Below, one piece after another: positions 52,280-64,000 of a stretch of DNA of 64,000 nucleotides. The notes under the pieces are model-generated. The model saw only the letters and a program-made list of their open reading frames with translations. It was not told where the DNA came from and searched no databases. The stretch's first letter is position 1, and each line of letters starts with the position of its first letter. The DNA lies in the NCBI GenBank assembly GCA_963924565.1, contig OZ004608.1, forward strand, positions 5,828,001 through 5,892,000. The letters run 5' to 3'. Position numbers and translations under genes: made by a program. Source of the stretch: Ascidiella aspersa (lineage: Eukaryota).

Positions 52280-54546
52280 TGATTAGTAAAGCGACTATTA
52301 AACTGTACAAAAAAGTGATTTCAATTTCGGAATTCGTTTAATTCTAACCAGTTTACGTTGTATTTAAAATCAAATGATATTTTAAATCGTGCAATATTGT
52401 AAGTTGAACGTATATATATATATCTAACTGTTAAAAGACAGCTGCAGTTTAGCCGAACTTTAAATACATACCACCAGCAATAAGCCCGATGTATTGTGAA
52501 TACTTATAGAGTTTTTGCGTAGTTATACACAATGAAACAAATCATTATACCGTGGGCTCTTCGTGACTATAGCATGCTACGTCATTGTCTGGTAGGTTGT
52601 TAAAGAGGCGGTATGGCAAACGGCATCAAGCCTACATCGCGCCTAACGTTGCATTATATACGCGTTCATAGCAGAGTAAGTTTTCTAAGTCGCGTATTGT
52701 AAGTCAATACACAGAATGTATTCATGACGAAAACAAATAATAGTTCATGATAAACCGGGACGCCGTTCCGCCTTACTTCGACAACTGCCATATAGTTATA
52801 GTAAAGCAAAAAAAGCGCGACATTTTATTGATTTTGATACATATATGTTATGCTCTATATATGCCCTTATCGGTGGCTTTTCCAGGCAAGCCACCCAAAT
52901 CTCTATATTGCGTTGCGCCTTTGTGCAACCTTGTTGGAAAATATGTGTCATCATACAACAATACAGGAAGGTTAATTTAAGACACTGCAACACAACAAGG
53001 TAATTTAAATTTGAAAGTGTTGAATGTTTTTATCCCGAAAAGTAAACCTTAAGCATTTCATGCCTATAAAGCCAACCTTTGGCGAATATGTACTGGATTA
53101 TAGCTAAAGGATTTTCGTTTAAAAACAAATATATGACTAACTTCGAGGAATTTTATTCGTTTCGGCGGGAAAACGTATCTCATTTTGCCGCGACGATCTT
53201 AAATGTGAATATATAAAAACAATGAGTGTTTATTTATTCTTGATTATTTTGAACTATTCCCTTATGCACACCTTAAACGTGGTTGTTTTGTATTTCCGTA
53301 AAGATCTTAAACGTTAAAAATGTTTTTACATCAACACCGCGTGATAAATAGCTTCCTGTAGTTCACAGTCCTGTTTACGACTTTGATCGTTGCTGACTTT
53401 TATAAATCGCATGTTAAGTCTTAGATTAGTTGTCAAGTCTTAGATTATAAAACAACCGCTTCTCAAACATAAGATTTTCGTAAAGAGTTGTATAAATTTA
53501 CAATGTATGGAAAATTTCCACCTAAGTATACCAATTTGATTTGTAATCGACAGTAACAATTCAATATTGCAAACATAATACATTTTGAGTTTATTTCAAA
53601 ATACACAAAGTGCTTTAATGTTTCGAGATATTTTTGGTATGTTTAGTAAACGTGACGTAAACAAATTCACTATAGGCTATGTCAGGAATGGCCAAGCTTT
53701 TAGCATAATGGGCCGCATTGCCACTTTCAATATTTCGATGGGCCGCAAAACATTTTAAATAAAAGTTGTGACGTCATAAGTTACATCATAAAACAACTCA
53801 ACTTACAAACACCCGCTCTTCGATACTGAACTCATGCGCCAATATGCAAGGGCGAAAAATTGAGTTTACATGCCGTACCATGCCATGGTAAAACACCCTT
53901 GGGCTGATATTAATTCTTAAAACGGCCCGCAAAAACACACATTTAGAAAAGTACACACTTACTTAACAATGACGGAGGCACAAGTTTTCAATGGTTGTTA
54001 AAATGCCACATTAGACGCGAATGTAGTCTCAAAAAATATAAGATTAAGCCTACATCAAATACTGTGCCCTCTACACGTTTTGATGATAGTCGAAACAATT
54101 GTTTTGATTAAAGGCTTCTGAAAACTTTTTAGTAGCGTTTAGCGAAATGCTAATATAAATCAAAATAAACCGACTTCTAAGTAAAACCAAAAACAATTTG
54201 TGTTGGCTAACATTGTGTGGAACTTTAAATTGTTTTTATTTGTAACAAATCACAAAAACAACACTAAACATCAAATTAAAACAAGACCTGAAATTTGAAC
54301 AAAGATTAATAATAACCGAACATAATGATAATGATGTACAAATAATGATGAGTAACAATTAGGACGCGTGATTCACTAGCAATAAGAAAACAAAACAGTT
54401 CAGAATGCTGCGATCATAGCAGTTATCTAAATATATATAAAAATGTTTCAGTAGGGAACGTTGAATGTCTCATTTCACGTAAAATATCTCCCGAGAATTA
54501 ATTTAACCCAACCGTGTTTTATTGGTAATTAATTTGCTTTAGCTGA

Positions 54547-57500
54547 TTAGCATGATTGACCTGGCGACTTGAACTCGACGTATCCCAGGTCTGTTTCATC
54601 ATTTCCCTGGACCGGAAACACGGGGTTGGGATTCACGTAACCGTTTTCTTCGTCTTCGTCAAAACATTTTTTTAGGTCTTAAAATATTATAAATTAAATA
54701 TGCAATTTGTTTAATAAATATAATTTTATGTTGCGTGTTTTACTTTTGTTGGTAACGTAAACATGTCACTATGCCTGGTAGCAACAGCATATTTATGTAA
54801 ACATGTCACGTTCTGCACTACGTGTTTACCGTTGGTGTTAACGTAGACGTGTTTTGGACGAGATGTGCTTGTTATGGGAACTTCGTAGGCACTTTCCATC
54901 ACCACTTCAGAATCTTTTTTGGTAATAATCTAAAAATTAGGGGCTTAGTTATATGTAGCTAAATGGGCAAGCTATATTTATTTTCCTGTTACAGGATAAA
55001 CTACGGTATATAAGTACGTAATATTTGCAAAGCAAAATGAACTTTGGTTTATTTTAAATTGATTTACGTGCTAAGAATGTTATTTAATTTACTAATAATG
55101 TCCAGTTAGTACAGTGCAGTTTAAGATACAAGATTTAAAAAAGGAACTAATTTAATTCTATTAGCACCAGTGTTTTATATTACTAAAGATACTGAAATAT
55201 CAAAAAATGTTTAAAAGTTTCAGTTTTGTAGGCAGTCATTAATATCGTATAGTTGTATGTTTTTTTTGAGTTGTCACACATTAAATAATCTTAGCAACTC
55301 TTGTATTATTCAAGGCTAATTTCTCGTGGGCGTTGAAATTATGCTGTACCAAGAAATAAAAAACACGCAGTATGCAATCACAATTCCAATGTAAACCAAT
55401 GATGGCTACTTGTTTGGGGACGCTAGCAAAATGCCAACGCAATAAAGCAACGCGTGCATAATGCGTGCGCCGTGCATGCTCTAGAGCAGTGCAGTGTCTT
55501 AAAGTGCCACAACTTAACTCAGTGTACGAAATTAGAAATATGGGCAAATCCATGACAGTTTTAATATGGTTGAATGTTTACTTGCCCTTTCTGGCGACAA
55601 AGCTGAACAACATTGACGCAAACTGATGCCAATAAGAGAATTGCAAGCACGATTATCACTATGTTGAGGAGTTGACCAGAATCCTTTTTAACAGGCCTGT
55701 TTTGAGCTGTGAACAAGGGAATAGTTATTTTAATCTGAACAACACTTTATTCTAAACATTCTTCTGCCAATGTTAAACTCTGATGTGTAGTCAATTACCT
55801 ACAGGTCTGGATTAGATTATAATACCGTCCGTGTAATTGTTAGATATTTGATCGCCTGTTAAAATATAATTCTTTATAATAAGCTTTTGTTTGATATAAG
55901 TAGATAAGTATCATAAGTTCAGTTAAACAGAGCAGCTTACCCTGGAGCACGTTAATCTTTATAAATCTTTATAAAGCTAAAATTAATAAAAACGTTATAA
56001 TGCCTGAACATATATTGTTTCGCGAAAATTACGTATAGTTGGGTCTTTGTATTCAAAATTTGTGTTTCTGTTTTAATAGACATAAATTACTCAATAATTA
56101 TATTTTAAACTGTATTTAGATGCCTTGTTTTCGGAATACGCGTAAAATATTGCGTTAACCGTTTCAGTTGCTTGGTTTGGCACTGCGATCGTGTTTAACC
56201 TTTCTACCCACGAAGGTGATGCATCGGACATCGTGGATCTCGATTTATTTTGACTTAAGTGTCGCTTATTTTGTCAACCAACCTTTGCAATTTGCCTGAA
56301 ACCTTAACTTAGAGTTTCACCACAGACTGTATATGCTTTTGTAGCTTTGCCGCGTGGCCAATTATACAGAGTCGTGGCGCATTTAAGTTTTCTTAGCGGC
56401 ATGTTTCGAATGCGCGGAAGTAATTTAATTTTAATAGATTGACTTTGCCCTGGCGTCCTCAGTGCGCAAAAACTAAAGCTCTAAACCGCGTCGCGAAATG
56501 TATATAGTCAATAGTTTAAATGCGAATAGGTTGTCTATTTAATTTGCAATGTTCACTTCTTATTCCTTGTCACAGTCGTTCAATATTGCAAGACCTTGGT
56601 AATTCTACTTCTAATTTTTTCTTTTAAGTTTTCTAGTGCTAGGATATTAACGCGCGTTGCATAAAAGTGAAACATATTATCTTTATTATTACTTGTATAA
56701 GAATCTATTTTGGCACCGGATTTTTGGCCCTGATTGGGTTTTTTGGTGGTAATGGATCGGGTTAAAAAATGGGTTAGACTATTTTACAGGTATATCACTT
56801 CTATTGTAGTCTTATTCGGAACTGTGTTTTATCCCGATTGTGATGTTCTTCTTATCACGGAGTTATAAATGGAATCCAAATTTTCACACATTCCTTCTTT
56901 TTAAATCTATTCAACAAAATGAGAAGAAGCAGATTTGTCTTACCTGATATAGTGGTGGATTCCAAAGCAGTTGGTGCAGTCGTGTGAGCTTTGAAAACCG
57001 TCGTCGTTTGTTTTGCGTTGGTTGTAACTGAAGTAAATGGTGATGAAGTGACCAAGCTCGTTTGCATCACGCTACTTGTCGTTATAAGTTTATCTAAACA
57101 CAAAATGTTGATTGGATTTACGTCAACGCGAACAACTAATGTACATGCTAATTTTATACAAAGAACGTTTAGCTTAAAGTATAGGGTAGTTGTTTCTTAA
57201 AACTGATTTTTGAACATTGTCATTGTTTTAATTTGTTTTGGGGTTTTATTTTTAATGGAATTAAAATTACCGGAGCAGCTGTTTTTTGATTTATATTACT
57301 ATGCCTGGTAGCAACAGTTTATATATTGTCAGTGTTTATTAAATACATGCACCACCTATAGAGAATATAACATTCCTATGAGACTTAATTTTTGCAAAAA
57401 TAAACTCGATAAAAATTCTATACGGCCCAATTTTTATGTAAGTTTTTCAACCTAGAACGTCTTAAACATGCAATTGATGATGGTTCATCTAGTAAGTTTA

Positions 57501-57990
57501 TTTTTTGCGCTTGGTGTGAACGTATAACTTCTTTGCAATATGGCAGCTGTATTTTACGTGGTACTTGTATTACACGATATAACCTATTAGCTTCGAGCGG
57601 GTCTGACATGTTTTATGTACAACTATGGAAGCAATTACCCTCACAAATTATTTTGACCATCATTCAATTTTGATTTCGTTCAGGAAAACAAAAAACAAAT
57701 TTAGCTTCATGTAGGAAAGTAACGCTGGAAATGAAATATTCTCACCACTTGGTCTCTGACAAATGTAGGTTTTCTTGTTGTCGCATCGTATGTTATTCCA
57801 AGGATACTCCTGGCCACTTTTTTCTATTTCTGCACAATCCTCATCCGGCCAAAAGTCGTTTAGAGCACTATAATGCGACTCGTACGACTATAAGGTTTAT
57901 AGCAACCTTATGATAACCTCTTATACTGTAGTTACATTTATCTTATTGCTTTAGAGTCATAGCTTTCCTTAAAGAAACCGCCTCTTCAAA
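54547..57990 (-). pseudogene. L3: C-type lectin receptor with deleted signal/CTLD N-half; stalk, TM and tail exons still open (pseudogene or headless adaptor)
   Basis: The CTLD remnant 57861-57746 (NDFWPDEDCAEIEKSGQEYPWNNIRC..YICQ) is fused directly to sequence homologous to the L1 upstream region (57862-57990 vs about 45079-45195). Intact exons 57093-56944, 55706-55582, 54929-54830 and 54677-54547 are paralogous to L2. Confidence 0.75.
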
Positions 57991-58550
57991 CTTCTTAACG
58001 TTTGTGAAGAAACGCGCTATACAAAACATCAGCATGACCTAACTGAATTGTTTGTCACAATTATAATATTTTTTGACAATTTTGTTAATGGTAACCAAAC
58101 AGATACGATGGAGATTTACTTTTTTCATGTTGCTCCTGTGTTTATATGTCTATGTTTTGCCCTAGGTCACCTGCTCCTATGTTTATCTTTGAACGTGTTT
58201 ACTTGATCTACACAGAAAATCTATTTGGCATCAAATAACGCGAGAAATTCCAACGCGGAACAAAGTCGAACAGAGCATATGATTTTAGAAAAGTTCAGGC
58301 CTGAACATCTAACATTTTTATTTAAGAAAGCAAAATAAAAAGTAACGTCGGCTAAATCTACGCTTCATATTCAGTGGACCACGTTGTTTGCTTAGGTGTT
58401 CCGTGTAGTTGTAATGTCGTTTTAGTTTTGGCTTTGCCAAGTTGTGATTATCTGTTCCAGCATACACTTTTATTTATATATTTATTGGTACAAATCAAGT
58501 TTCTGTTCCGTATACCACAACTATGGGGATGTACGATACTACTCGATCTA

Positions 58551-58716
58551 TGATGCAAGCTGGCCTGCAGTGAGGTTCGAACTTGGTAGAGCGACGGTCC
58601 CGGCTTGACCGAAGGTCGTGGGTTCGAACCTCACTGCAGGCCAGTTGTTTTTCTGGCTTGCACTGCTTGCATCAGAGATGGGCAGATTCGGCGAGTCTGC
58701 GATGGCTTTTCGGTGA
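58551..58716 (+). mobile_element. tRNA-derived SINE preceded by an inverted copy of its own B-box region
   Basis: 58560-58582 is the exact reverse complement of 58622-58644. Confidence 0.8.
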
Positions 58717-59940
58717 ACTATTATTGCGGAAGCCGTAATCGTTGGTCATAAAGCAGCTTCCGAGGAGCTAGATCACAGATGTTATTAAACACATGTATGT
58801 GTGTGTCTTTCATTAGACGCCACTTATATGCTTAAGAATAATAATAGGAAACACTAAAATGTTCACCTACTGATGTACCTGAATAGTCTTTTACAAGTGT
58901 CTCCTTACAGTTTACGTGTTGTTATAATTAAATAAAGTGGCGCTCCAGCAGCAAATTTTAGGATTTTCCCATATATTTGCATTTGTCAGCATTACCATCT
59001 GTCATTTGACTGGAATTATAAGTATAACTTTGACAACTTGAAAACAATTAAAATATTTAGTTTTATAATACACGATACAAGATGGAATCAAAGAGTATTA
59101 GAAAGTTGTCAATATACTAATCGGTTTCTCGGATTGTTGTTTGGTAATACTTAATAAAAAACAAACGTAAAACAGTGATAACTTATCAAACTTAAAAGAG
59201 GACTTTTTACAGTTTAAACATTAAATTATCAAAATTTTATTTGTAGCGTTTTGTATTTCTTTCTCACATTAAATGTTTCGTGTTATTCTTCTATTTCTTC
59301 GCTGATTTCTATTATCCTCACGCTTTGCCTAAAGGCGCCGTGCTTTTTTCTTCGATGATTGTATACAAGTCTTGCAGTCTTGTGTTAACTTGTCATTTCA
59401 TCAGCATTTTAAAGTAAGCTGCAGCTTTAAGGTTTAACAGTAACTGTTTGTTTAGCAAAGATTATTATTCGTTTTGGTAAGAAGCTTTCATGAACTTCTA
59501 CTCAAGGTCATAAACGTATATCATCAGATCCTAAGGTAAGTGTTTTTAAGTTTATAGTTGGTTTGTAAACAATATATTTTCCACCATAGATCTTGTTTTG
59601 ATTTAAACCTTTTGTTTTCTACTAACCTGAAGTTACAACTAATATTCTTTGTGATATGAGCTTTTATATTGTTTCACATTGTAAAATCAAAGCAAGACAC
59701 ATACATGTTACGAAAAATGTAGAGTTGTTGTATAATAATACTGTGTTGTATAGGATTGTTGAGTGCGACCTTTATGACGTATTGCTGTGCCTGTATATAA
59801 CCGCCACTCTTGCAGTACTTGGGCCTGCATTACTTGTGTTCTAATACGTCGCTGTGTGTCACGTACCCTGCCAGTAAATACTACAAAAAAGATAATTCAA
59901 AGGGATTTAAAGAAAACACAATTATCTAACAGAATGTTTA

Positions 59941-60095
59941 TCGACTCGCTCCCCTTAAGCCTGTGTAGCCCAGTTGGCAGAGCGACAGTAGGCCGTGAGT
60001 TTGAACCCCACTGCAGGCTATAGTTGGTTTTCTAGCCTGTCTTGCTTGCGTCATTGATCATCAGATTCGGTTACTGTGCGATGGCTTCCGTTGTA
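59941..60095 (+). mobile_element. tRNA-derived SINE (paralog of the 38801 copy)
   Basis: Near-identical to 38801-38955. Confidence 0.75.
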
Positions 60096-61185
60096 ATAAC
60101 AACGACCTTATTAATTTACAATAACACTTGCAATAAGGCATTTTGACTAGATTTTAGTAGTGTGAGTTATGGTACTTTGTGCTGAACAAGTAGATTTATT
60201 AACAAAACTTTTAGACATACTTAGTAAATTCAGTGTTACACGATTAAATTATTTCTTAAATATAATACAATTAGATTCAAAGGCACAGCAGACCGTTGCA
60301 GATAGCTTACAACTCCACAAACGCGAGGTTCTTTACACAATGGAGCATTTATCAAACTTTAAATAACACCCTATTTACAACAACGTTAAATGTTAATGAT
60401 AAAACTTGCCCCAAATTAAAGGTTATGCATTTCGATCGATGATTATATGTCACAAGCATCGGTAGTCTAAAACCCGAACGTGGTTACTTTTTAAAAGCCG
60501 CTTAATGTATATATTTGAAGATCAAAAAATCGCTAAACTAAATATTGCATGCTTATACAGCTTGGGGTTGCATGAATAGAATTCAAATATTCAAGCAATA
60601 CGAGTAATATAGGCATGTTTTTACTTACAATTGATCAATTTGTTAGGTAAGGGAATTTTACGTTTCTTTGAATCACTTCGTGTGCTTGGTTTTTTAATTG
60701 CGCAGAGACCGATTTCGGGAAAAAAGCTCATAATTTTGCCGCGACGCTTAAATCAAGACATACATAGTTTGTATGCGTGGACTTCAAGGCAGCATAAACT
60801 TGCGGTAAGCTTATAATTTTTTTAAAAAGTGAAAGAAGCTATTAAAAAAAAATAATGCGGAATTAAACACTAAGTTCATTAAATAAATAAATGAATAACT
60901 AGCATTAAAAGAACAAAAAAAATACGGGTAATATTTGCATGTTTTTACATGTTTGGGACAATTGGTCAAACCGTTTGGTTGACAATTTTACTTTAAAATA
61001 CGGGTTCATGTCTTTACCATTTCTTGTGCTTGTTTTTCTAATTGTACTGAGGCTGATTTCCGAAATCATAAAACGATTATCAAGACATATTGAAAAAGGT
61101 ACGACCATAAACAGCTTCTACAGTTTTACTGCGTGGGCACTTCAATACAGCGTGACGTTGCGATCAGCTTATGTCGTACGGGACA

Positions 61186-61249
61186 CCATATAATTCCTGC
61201 ATTAATACGGGGCGCCATATAATTCCTGCATTAATACGGGGCGCCATAT
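61186..61249. repeat. 29-bp tandem duplication
   Basis: CCATATAATTCCTGCATTAATACGGGGCG x2. Confidence 0.9.
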
Positions 61250-61566
61250 TTCCTCCAATGTGAAACAATGGGTAGAAGGTATATTAAGAGCATAATTAAT
61301 TCCACGACGTCCTTCAAGTGCAAGGGTGAGACATAGTCAAGTTAATGCGTAAACGAAAATTGTGCGTCAAAAAAATAAATCACGCTAATTTTCTTACACT
61401 ATTTTTGGTGCGTTAAGGTGGTTGACCAACTGATCAGTATTATGACGTAGATTTTCAGTCAACAGAAAAACTGATATATCGTATATGTGCTTTGGATTAC
61501 GGTATAGTGAATTTCAGATACTCCTCTGTGCGATATTTTGTGGCGTGAGTTCAACGATTCAACGCT

Positions 61567-63948
61567 TTATAACGGCCGTGTATACATGTCGTTGTTGGTA
61601 GGTTGGGTGTTGGAATCTGCAAGGTGACTAGATGCTTCGTCAGCGAAGTTGTAGGTTTGTGACGACTCTGTTTCATTTCCTTGTGGTTCAGCTCCTTGAA
61701 AATCATACATAGGTTATACCGTTGCACTATAAATATGGAAATTTGCGTGCTATCTGCACCCTGCTTGCTCGGAAATTTCCGTATTGCAACGTAAAGGGGC
61801 GTATTTCATTGCAAATGTCTGATTAGGCCGGGTCTGCGGACTAATTGCCAGAAAAACAAGTAAACAGTGTAAAAAGTTTTGGTCAGTTTGATTTTATTTT
61901 TTGGAAAAACTACATATTTAGAGTTCGCGTGTTTTGAGTCAGATGCAAAAAAACAGGCGGGTTATACCATTTTTGTTCGTAAATTGAATTTGGGATCATT
62001 AAAACCACGGAATCTTTGCAAGTTTGTTACTGTTTTCCATTCTACTTGGTATCGCTCCGAAACACATAACTACCTGTAATCATGCTTTCTCTTTAGAATA
62101 TAATCATTTCCATAATTTATTTAATGTCTTACCACGTGTTGCTTCGGAGTAGACCGCTTCCTGTATGGAAATGGATACATTGTCTTCCACCGTGCTGTAC
62201 TCCACACTCAATATACCACTTGAACATTGGTTTTGCCCATTAGTAGCCGGATTAACGGCGGTGGTTGAGGTTGCCATTCCTGTCATGTTCAGGTGCGAAT
62301 ATTCGTTGTCGTTTTGTTGTTTGCTTTCGAGTTGCAGCGTTGAGTATTCTTGACGCGTTTCTGGCAACTCGTACTCGTTTTCCGCTTCATCCTGGTCTGT
62401 ACGAGTCAAAATAATTTCAAATGAAGAACCGACCGGCCTATGCAAGACATAAACTTAAAAATAAAAAAACGAATTAACAATAGTAAAGGTACACTTTTTA
62501 ATTCTACGGCAGGAGCAAAATAGATTACAATTTTGTGAGGATTTGGGTAAACTATATTAGGTGATTGAAGCATAACAACCGGATGTTGTAGTTGGCGTAC
62601 AACAAATATCACATTCCAAACAGAAATAGGCAGCATTTTATATACATTGAAATACCTTTTTATTCACAAGGATACCTATACTTGCACTTTTGGGGGGCTT
62701 CATTATTCATTCTTGGTCTATATATAATGCCTCATATTCATGCAAACTTATCCAGGCTGATCGATCTTTCGCAAAAGGTCGTTTAGCAGTTAAAATGTCC
62801 CACATAATCATGGACTTAAAATACAGCAAAAAAAAAAGTTAAAAAAAATACGTTTAACTTAGAATAAACCGTTATTCGGTTGTGTTGCTGCTGTTTTAGT
62901 CGCCTCCGTCCTTCTACGCTTCCTGAAATGGAAACAGAGCATCGGTAAACAAACCACGGTACACTTTTGCATCAACCGAACCTTCCACCCACCTTAGGCA
63001 ATACACAGCAGCAACTACTGCGCAGCAAAGAAGCACAGCTCCCGCGATTGCAGTGGGTAATGTTGTGGTTAGGTTTCCTGAAAATCTTCCAGATGACATG
63101 GTTGTGTCGTAGACTACAAATCAAAAACGATTTAATCTGTTTTTTGAAACCATTTGGCGAATGGTATTACTCCTGTTTAGTTGTAAATCAAAAAAAAAAT
63201 AAAAAAAATTCGCAGGTTAATCCAATTTCCTATTACAACACTCTATTTAATTAGTAAGCGGTTTTAAATGCACTTATATTTACCTTGCGATTCAGTTTCT
63301 GTTGTTATATTAAAGCTTCCCGTCACATCTAAAGTCACGTTTTCGATAAGAGCCAGGTCAATAGACAATTTATGTAATCCGCATTAAATGGTTGATGGCA
63401 ATGGTTAAATCGTAGACTATAGTGAATATTTCGGAAATCGTAAGTGTGTTTAACTTGCCTTTTTACCTCGGGCTCAAAAAACGAGGGTTTTGGCACTCTG
63501 AGTTTGCAGTTATATTGGGACAAATCCTAATATCTGTACAACATTGTGGGTAGGTTTAGTTTTCAGATCACTCTTCGATTAAATCACGGGGATATCTTAC
63601 ATTTTAAGGTTCATATAAAATGGTTAGTGTAGGCCTAACGATAATTAAAATGCGTAAATATTAGCCTGTTTTGAGATTTTAACCTAGAAAACAAGGTGGC
63701 ACTGTTATATAATATTGATTGTATGTTTGTAGCACAACTTAAGCCGCATATTCAGACATAATCACCTTCAAAATGCGAAATTTGTTCAACACATTTACAA
63801 TAGTCTCGTAGTCCTAAACTTTTAACCTTTGAAAGACCTGTTAAAATGTTGTTGGTTGAAAAAGCGTAGACTGTTGTCGCAAAGTTTGTAGAAACTTCAA
63901 CTTGTGACTGGAGAGTGGTGATAGTTTGCATTGTTTGTGGAGATCGTT
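61567..63948 (-). CDS. L4: L1 paralog, 3' part (stalk, TM, tyrosine-motif tail); CTLD exons expected beyond 64000
   Basis: Exons: 63948-63838, 63328-63284 (shifted acceptor), 63113-62993 (TM), 62922-62870, 62396-62133 (YELP, YSTL, YSHL, VEYSTV, VYSEA), 61694-61567 (ends DMYTRPL*). Colinear with L1. Confidence 0.75.
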
Positions 63949-64000
63949 CTGCGAATAAAATTACGTGATTTTCAGAAAGCTAATTTCAAGTGGAAATAGT

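Larger units (their letters stand above)
58935..64000 (+). repeat. Segmental duplication copy 2 of 37245-44510
   Basis: Same alignment as copy 1. It lacks the 39218-39728 MITE and the extra stalk/TM duplication. Confidence 0.9.

Overview
AT-rich, intron-containing invertebrate DNA. It is probably an ascidian tunicate, inferred from the short introns, lectin style and repeat content; this is not proven. From left to right: (i) about 16 kb with no recognisable CDS but with GC-rich enhancer-like patches and isolated splice signals; (ii) a complete 6-exon PLPP4/5-type lipid phosphate phosphatase gene on the minus strand (18539-21960); (iii) a 5.4-kb non-autonomous CMC/EnSpm-like transposon with ACGT-rich subterminal arrays (23049-28451), followed by many hAT-type MITEs and tRNA-derived SINEs; (iv) from 40.7 kb to the end, a minus-strand tandem cluster of four type I membrane C-type lectin (CTLD) receptor genes (L1-L4) that the ORF track shows only as fragments. 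L1 and L4 have tails with an ITAM-like pair plus an ITIM, and L1 has an EPN head. L2 has a QPD head and an adaptor-like YEVP/YVN/acidic-GY tail. L3 is a chimera whose L1-type head is deleted but whose L2-type stalk, TM and tail remain open. Candidate secreted and tail-less isoforms are also encoded. This cluster is the best candidate for an undescribed, fast-evolving innate immune receptor system. All gene models were assembled by eye from splice signals and reading phase and need RNA-seq confirmation.
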